DNA of 64,000 bases from the human T2T-CHM13v2.0 reference genome, Homo sapiens: NCBI RefSeq assembly GCF_009914755.1, contig NC_060938.1. One strand, 5' to 3'. Position numbers and translations under genes: made by a program. The notes under the pieces are model-generated. The model made no database searches. It was not told the DNA's origin and saw nothing but the letters and a program-made list of their open reading frames with translations. Below, piece by piece: positions 55,901 to 64,000 of the stretch. The number at the start of each line of letters is the position of its first letter. Within the stretch, counting starts at the first letter, position 1.

Positions 55901-57515
55901 GTGACCACCACTGGGACTGCACTGGGTCAGACCTGAAGTCAGCACAGCATGAAGTCTTGCCGAAGGCCTGCAGTAACCACTACTTGGGTGCTACCTATGT
56001 TTGCTCAAGGCTCTAGGGCGGTACAGTCAGCAGGTGGCAAAGTGGGACAGACTTGTGTCCTTTCCTTCAGGGCGGCAAGTTCCCCCAGACCCCGGGTGGG
56101 TCCGGAGGTGTCATCCATGAGCCATGTACTGGAGTAAAAAACCTTAGACATCTACCTGGTGTTCTGTTGTACTGCTGCTGAGCTGGCACTCAAATCATGA
56201 GATGCAGGCCTTCCCGCTCTTCCCTCCACTTTCCACAGGCAGAGGATCCTAACCCTGTGGACACCACCATCACTGGCCTATGAGGAGTGCTGCCAGGCTT
56301 CCACTGATGTTCACTTAAGGCCCAAGGGCTCTTCAATTAGCTTGAGGTGAATGTTGCCAGGTCTGAGACTCATCCTTCAGGGTGCTGGGATCCCCTCTGG
56401 ACCAGGGCAGGTCCAGAAGTACCAACCTGGTATCTAAGGTGCACGACAAAGCTCCCTTTACTTTTCTCTGCTTTTCTCAAGCAGATGGAGTCTCTCCCCA
56501 TAGCCACCACAGCTGGGAATGTGCTGTGTCTTACCTAAAGCCAGCACATCTCAGTGTCTCTCCTATGGCCCATGGAATACTACCTGGGTATTGCTGCTGA
56601 TTATTCAGGGCCCAAGTGCTCTTTAGTCAGCAGGTGATGGGTCCTGCCAAAACTGGTTCCTTCCCTTCAAGGCAGCAAGTTTCCTTCTGGCCCAGGGTGT
56701 GTCTAGAAATGTCATTTGGGAGCTAGGGCCTGGAAAGGGGGCCTTACCACTGTGCCCTCTCCTACGGTGGCTGAGCTAGTATTCTAGATGCAAGACAAAG
56801 TCCTCTTTATTCTCCCCTCTCTTCGCCTCCCCTCCCCAAAAAGAAGGAGTCTCTTTCAGAGCTGTGAGCTATGCAGCCTTGATTTGGGGGAGTAGTGCAA
56901 GCACTCCCTTTGTTGCCTTGGCTGGTGTCTCAATTGGTCACATGCCCCACCCACCCCAGTACACTGCCTCTGAGGCCAGTTCAGCAGTAGGACTTGCTTA
57001 GGAATTGCTGTCATTGCAGCCTAGACTGACTTTCAAGTTTATTTAGAGCCCCAGAGCACTCCAGCCCGCCGTGGCGAGGCTTGCCTGAACTCAAATTCTG
57101 ACCTCTGAGATGGGTGATTCCCCTCTGGCTATGGCTGGTCCAAGTGCTCCCTCTGTGGGTGGGCTTCAGCCAAGTACATACTGGTTCTGCTTTCTGCTAT
57201 GACAGGGTAGCACTAAGTTCAATGCAATGTCTCACAATAGCTGCATCCTTCTTCCTTGAGTGCACAGATTCTCTGTGCCATGCAGCTGCTGCTGGAGGAT
57301 GGGGGCAGGGAGGAGGGAGGTGTGGTGTCGGCAATTCAAGACTGTCTTTCCTACCCTTTATGGTGCCTTTCAGTAATATGAAGTGAAAACCAGGTACTGT
57401 GAGTGCTCACCTGATTTTTGCTTCTTATGAATGTACTTTTTTGTGTAAATAGGTGTTAAATTTGGTGTTCCTGTTAGGGGGATGATTGGTGCAGGATTCT
57501 ATTATGCCATCTTGT
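49933..57515 (-). mobile_element. Near full-length L1MA (L1MA2-like), ~7.6 kb, inactivated
   Basis: L1MA-type 3' end. RT remnant [22 protein letters not shown] (51861-52346). EN remnant ANIYASNTGAPRYIKQ...GDFNTPLS (53648-53926). ORF1 and 5' UTR end at gccatcttg ~57514. Many frameshifts. Confidence 0.88.
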
Positions 57516-59153
57516 TTTTTCCCCCAGTCTTTGGTCTTTTCATGTTTTCTTTTTTGTACTTGCTTTAGAATAAATTGACTATTTATATTCATTGCCTAAT
57601 TTTCTATTGACTTGTATATTTTTCTTGTGAAAGGTAAGAATTCTTTATATGTTACAGTTATTAATCATTTGTCATGTATGTTCCTAATACTTTTCTTCCA
57701 AATCTATCATTTGTGTATGATCTCATTTATGATATATTTTTCAATTTTCCAATTCATTGATAAAGTTAATGATTTATACTTCTGTAGTTCCTGGTGTTGA
57801 AGTAATTTATATTCCTGGAGTATACTCTACTTGATCATATGGTAGTATTCATTTGATAAGTTGCTAGATTCTGTTTAGTTGTACTTTATTTAGGATTGCT
57901 GCATCTTTATTTGTTTTATAGATTGCATTTCTCTGGAATGACCACAGCAATATTTCCAGCCCTTGATGATCTTCTAGAACTTTGCCACTTCCCTGCATCA
58001 AGAGGTAAAATCCATTTCTATTCTCTTGAATTGAACAGCTTCAATGAATTGAGTGCTGAAGAATTAACACTCTGTGACTTCATGACTTGTTGGAAATTGT
58101 GAGGAATCTCAGGCCACATGGAGGGGCCAGTGAAGATGTTCCAGCTTATAGCCCCAGCTAAGGTTTCAACTAATAGCCAGACTCAACCACCAGGTATATG
58201 AATGAACCTTCAGATGATTCTAGTCTCCAGCCTTCAAGCTTCCCCAGTCGATGCTGAGTGGAGCAAAAAAAGGAATTATTCTCACTGAGCCCTGTCCAAA
58301 TTGCAAATACCTGACAAAAATAAATATTGTTGTTTTAAGCCACTAAATTTTGGAGGAACTTGTTATGCAATCATAAAAACAGATTTTGTTATCTGGAAGT
58401 GAGTGCCATGTAACAGAAATCTAAAATGTGGTAGTGGCTGAAGCTAGACTAGACAGGATTAGGCAGGACTAGACAGAGGGCAGAAGGTGAGAGGGCCTTC
58501 AGGTGACTGTGGAAGGCTGATGGACCTCAAGGAGGCTATCAGAGAGGGTTTAGAGGAGAGTGAAAAAATATCATTGGAGCTGGAGGAAAGAGGATCATTG
58601 TTAGGTAATGACATGAAGTTTGGCCACCTTATCACCTGTGGTAATGTGAAAAGCAGAAAATGGTGATTGTCTGGCTTCTTCTTGCTGCTTATAGTAAAAT
58701 GATAGGAGAGAGGTAAGCTAAAGAAATAATTGTTAAATATAAAGGAGCCAGAACTTCTTGGACTTGAAAATAAAGCTTTCTCTTTTCCAGTTTTTCCTGA
58801 CGGCAGAGAATTCTAAAATTAAGAAGATTCTTTATGGAAGGAGAGCAAATCTAGGGTACTGTCATTAAAACATGGTTTATCATGAAGCCAAGGGAGTGAT
58901 TGTAAAATCTTAGTTCTAATACCTCAGGAAATTTAATGTCATGCCTCACACAGACAGTAGTCTCTCTAATTATCTTAAGGACATGACATACCTTACAGAT
59001 CCTCTTTATTAAAGAAAAAGTCCTTTGAGAATTTTAAGAGCATTGTCCCTCGGCACCCTTATAGGAAGCTCTAGGACTTATCTTGAAGAGATTTGTGGGT
59101 ACAGGTTTTGTCTAATGGAGTGGATTATAAACAAGAAATCCACACAGTTTTTT

Positions 59154-61672
<2,519 letters not shown>

Positions 61673-63607
61673 ATCCACACAATTTTTTTAAAGGATTGTA
61701 TCGTTTTATACTGAAAGGCATAGAGACAGTACAAAATGAAAAGATGCCTTTGACCCCAAACTTCTGCATATGGGAAGCATGCTAAGAACATGGCTATTTT
61801 TTATGAAAAAAAAATAATTTAGAGGGTAGAACCAATAGCCCAGAGTGGAGAGCCAAGAGTCACAGTGAATCATTCTTAAACAGTACAACTGAGCCCTAAT
61901 CAAGTACCAGTACCTTTTGCCCAGCTTGATTTCAAGCTTTTAATGGACCAATGACTTCTGTGTCTCTCCTTTCCTCCTTTTTTTTGGGAGTGTCTATAGC
62001 AGTTATCCTGTACTTGCTCCACCATTGTGCATTTGGTGTTTGTTAAGGCAGATAATTTTTCTTTTTTAGTTTATAGCTCTTGAGATTACAAGGAACTGTA
62101 CGTAAGGGGCTGTATTTGAGGAACTGTACCCAAGAAGTTCATCCATACCTGGACCTCAAGCCTCAGCCTGATGTTGTAGGTCTTGAGGGAGTGCATGAGT
62201 GTATTTTGCTGCTGTGGCTAGAGGGTGGACTGTGGTATTTTGCATTTTCCAAAACTGACCTCAGCAATATTTGTGGTCCCACATGCTCTTCTAAACTTTG
62301 TCACTTCCCAACAAGAGTTAGAGTTTATTTCCCCTCCCCCTGAACCTGGGCTGTACTTTGCACTGTTGAATAGAATGTGGTGGGAGTGAAACTATGGGAC
62401 TTCCAAGGTGAGGTCATAAAAGATAGTACTGCTTCTGCCTAGCTCACTCAAGAACCCAGCCCCCATAGTGTGAGGAGGCCTAGGACAGTTACAGAAGCCA
62501 TGTGTAGGTGTTCTGGCTCCAGCAAAAGTCTTATCTGACAACATCAACTACATGTTAGTGGGTGAGTATTCGTATGATTTTAGTCCCCAGACTTTGAGAC
62601 ACCCTAGCTGATGCTGAGGGGAGCAGAGATGAAGTATCCCCCTGAGACCTGTCCACATATTGTTGTTTTGGGTTACTAAGTATTGGAGTAATTTTTAAAT
62701 ATAGCCATAGTAACTGAAATAATTAGGTTCATAGTTTTTAGGTTTATTTTTATGTTAACTTTTGGTAATAAAATTATGTTGGCTTTGTGAAATGAATTGG
62801 GAAACATTTCATCTTTTTATTTGGTATGAAATAATTTAAATAACACTATAAATACCCATTCTTTAAAAGTTAGGTAAAACTCAGATTTAAAGGTTTTTTT
62901 GGGTATAATGCTATTATTACTATTGTTATTTAAAATAATGGTTACCTTTCCATTTTTTTCTTTGCTAATTAGTCATTTTGGGTCTGCTTCTTGGTTCAAT
63001 TTGGATTATTTGTATTCTCTAGGAAATTGTACATTTTTCTTTATTCCTAGTCTTGCTAATATTTTTTTCCCTCTTATATTTTTAAGCAGTACCATAAAGG
63101 GTTTATTTATATTTTTAGTTAAAAAAACTCTTGGAATTATTTATCAATTCTACTACTTTTTCCCCTTATATCACCAATTACAACTGTTCATTCATCAACT
63201 CATTCACTCTTCGCTTTTCTTAAAAAAGTTCAGGTAAACATGATAATGTTTCTGCAGTTTCATTCTTCTTCGTAATGAAAGGATTTAGGGGCATAAATTT
63301 TTATCTAACTGTGGCTATTGCTGGGTTCCATACATTTTTATGTAAAGTATTTACCTTTTCAGTAGCCTCTAGAGTATTTGTAATTTTTCTCTTTGATCAA
63401 AACTTAATTTTGAAGTCATTACGATGTTTCAAGCTGTTTAAAAATTATTTGTAATATTATTGTATTATGATCAATGACTATGGCCTGTTACATGTTTACT
63501 TTGAAATATTTGTTATGGTTTACTTTGTGGAAATTTCTATAAAACTATGAGCAAATATAATTCTTTCATTAAGGAAAATAAGATTCTATACATAGGTAGA
63601 AAACAAA

Positions 63608-64000
63608 TCTTTTTTTTTTCTATATTTTACTTTAAATTCCAGGATACATATGCAGAACATGCAGGTTAGTTACATAGGTATACATGTGCCATGGTGGTTT
63701 GCTGCATCTGTCAATCCATCGTGTAGGTTTTAAGCCCTGCAAGCATTAGGTATTTGTCTTGATGCTGTCCCTCCCCTCACCCCCTACTCCACGGCAGGCA
63801 CTGGTGTGTGTTGTTCCCCTCCCTGTGTCCATGTGTTCTCATTGTTCAACTCCCACTTATGAGTGAGAACATGCAGTGTTTAGTTTTCTATTCCTGTGTT
63901 AGTTTGCTGAGGATGATGGCTTCCATCTTTGTATGTCCCTGCAAAGAACATGATCTCCTTCTTTTTATGGCTGCATAATATTCCATGGTGTATATGTACC
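63608..64000 (-). mobile_element. L1PA (PA7/8-like) 3' end, running off the window
   Basis: T tail followed by gtgccatggtggtttgctgc and ctcccacttatgagtgagaacatg. Confidence 0.88.

Overview
Primate genomic DNA, almost certainly human: it is dense in Alu, L1 and MaLR elements and has one CpG island. The only protein-coding sequence I can support is exon 1 of the F-box gene FBXO33 on the minus strand (ATG at 19775, GT donor after 19177). I recognise the N-terminal sequence from memory; as I recall, the gene lies on chr14q21. Positions 1-19176 are its first intron, and no further exon is recognisable in the window. The CpG island (~19.0-20.7 kb) carries a TATA-less ETS/CRE/E-box/GC-box promoter that looks bidirectional. 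The remaining ~43 kb is mostly transposon fossils: a MER52 solo LTR, two THE1/MST LTRs, a near full-length old L1 (L1MA-type), a two-LTR MLT1 provirus, L2, MIR, MER3/MER5/Tigger3 and many Alus. A near full-length Tigger1 lies in the intron. Almost all short ORFs in the track are repeat-derived. I found no clearly new biological system. The best leads are: (1) the translation-start architecture of FBXO33 exon 1 (weak first AUG, Arg-rich 58-aa extension, second AUG just before the F-box, and a strong-context CUG overlapping uORF with poly-Ala); (2) a TSD-bounded L1PA 3' transduction nested inside older elements; (3) a probable much older 3' transduction on the full-length L1MA; (4) a polyadenylated LTR-fragment retrocopy next to the promoter; (5) a template-switch-like inverted and tandem rearrangement at ~49.0 kb. 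Repeat subfamily names come from recalled consensus sequences and need RepeatMasker/Dfam confirmation. Boundaries without TSDs are approximate.
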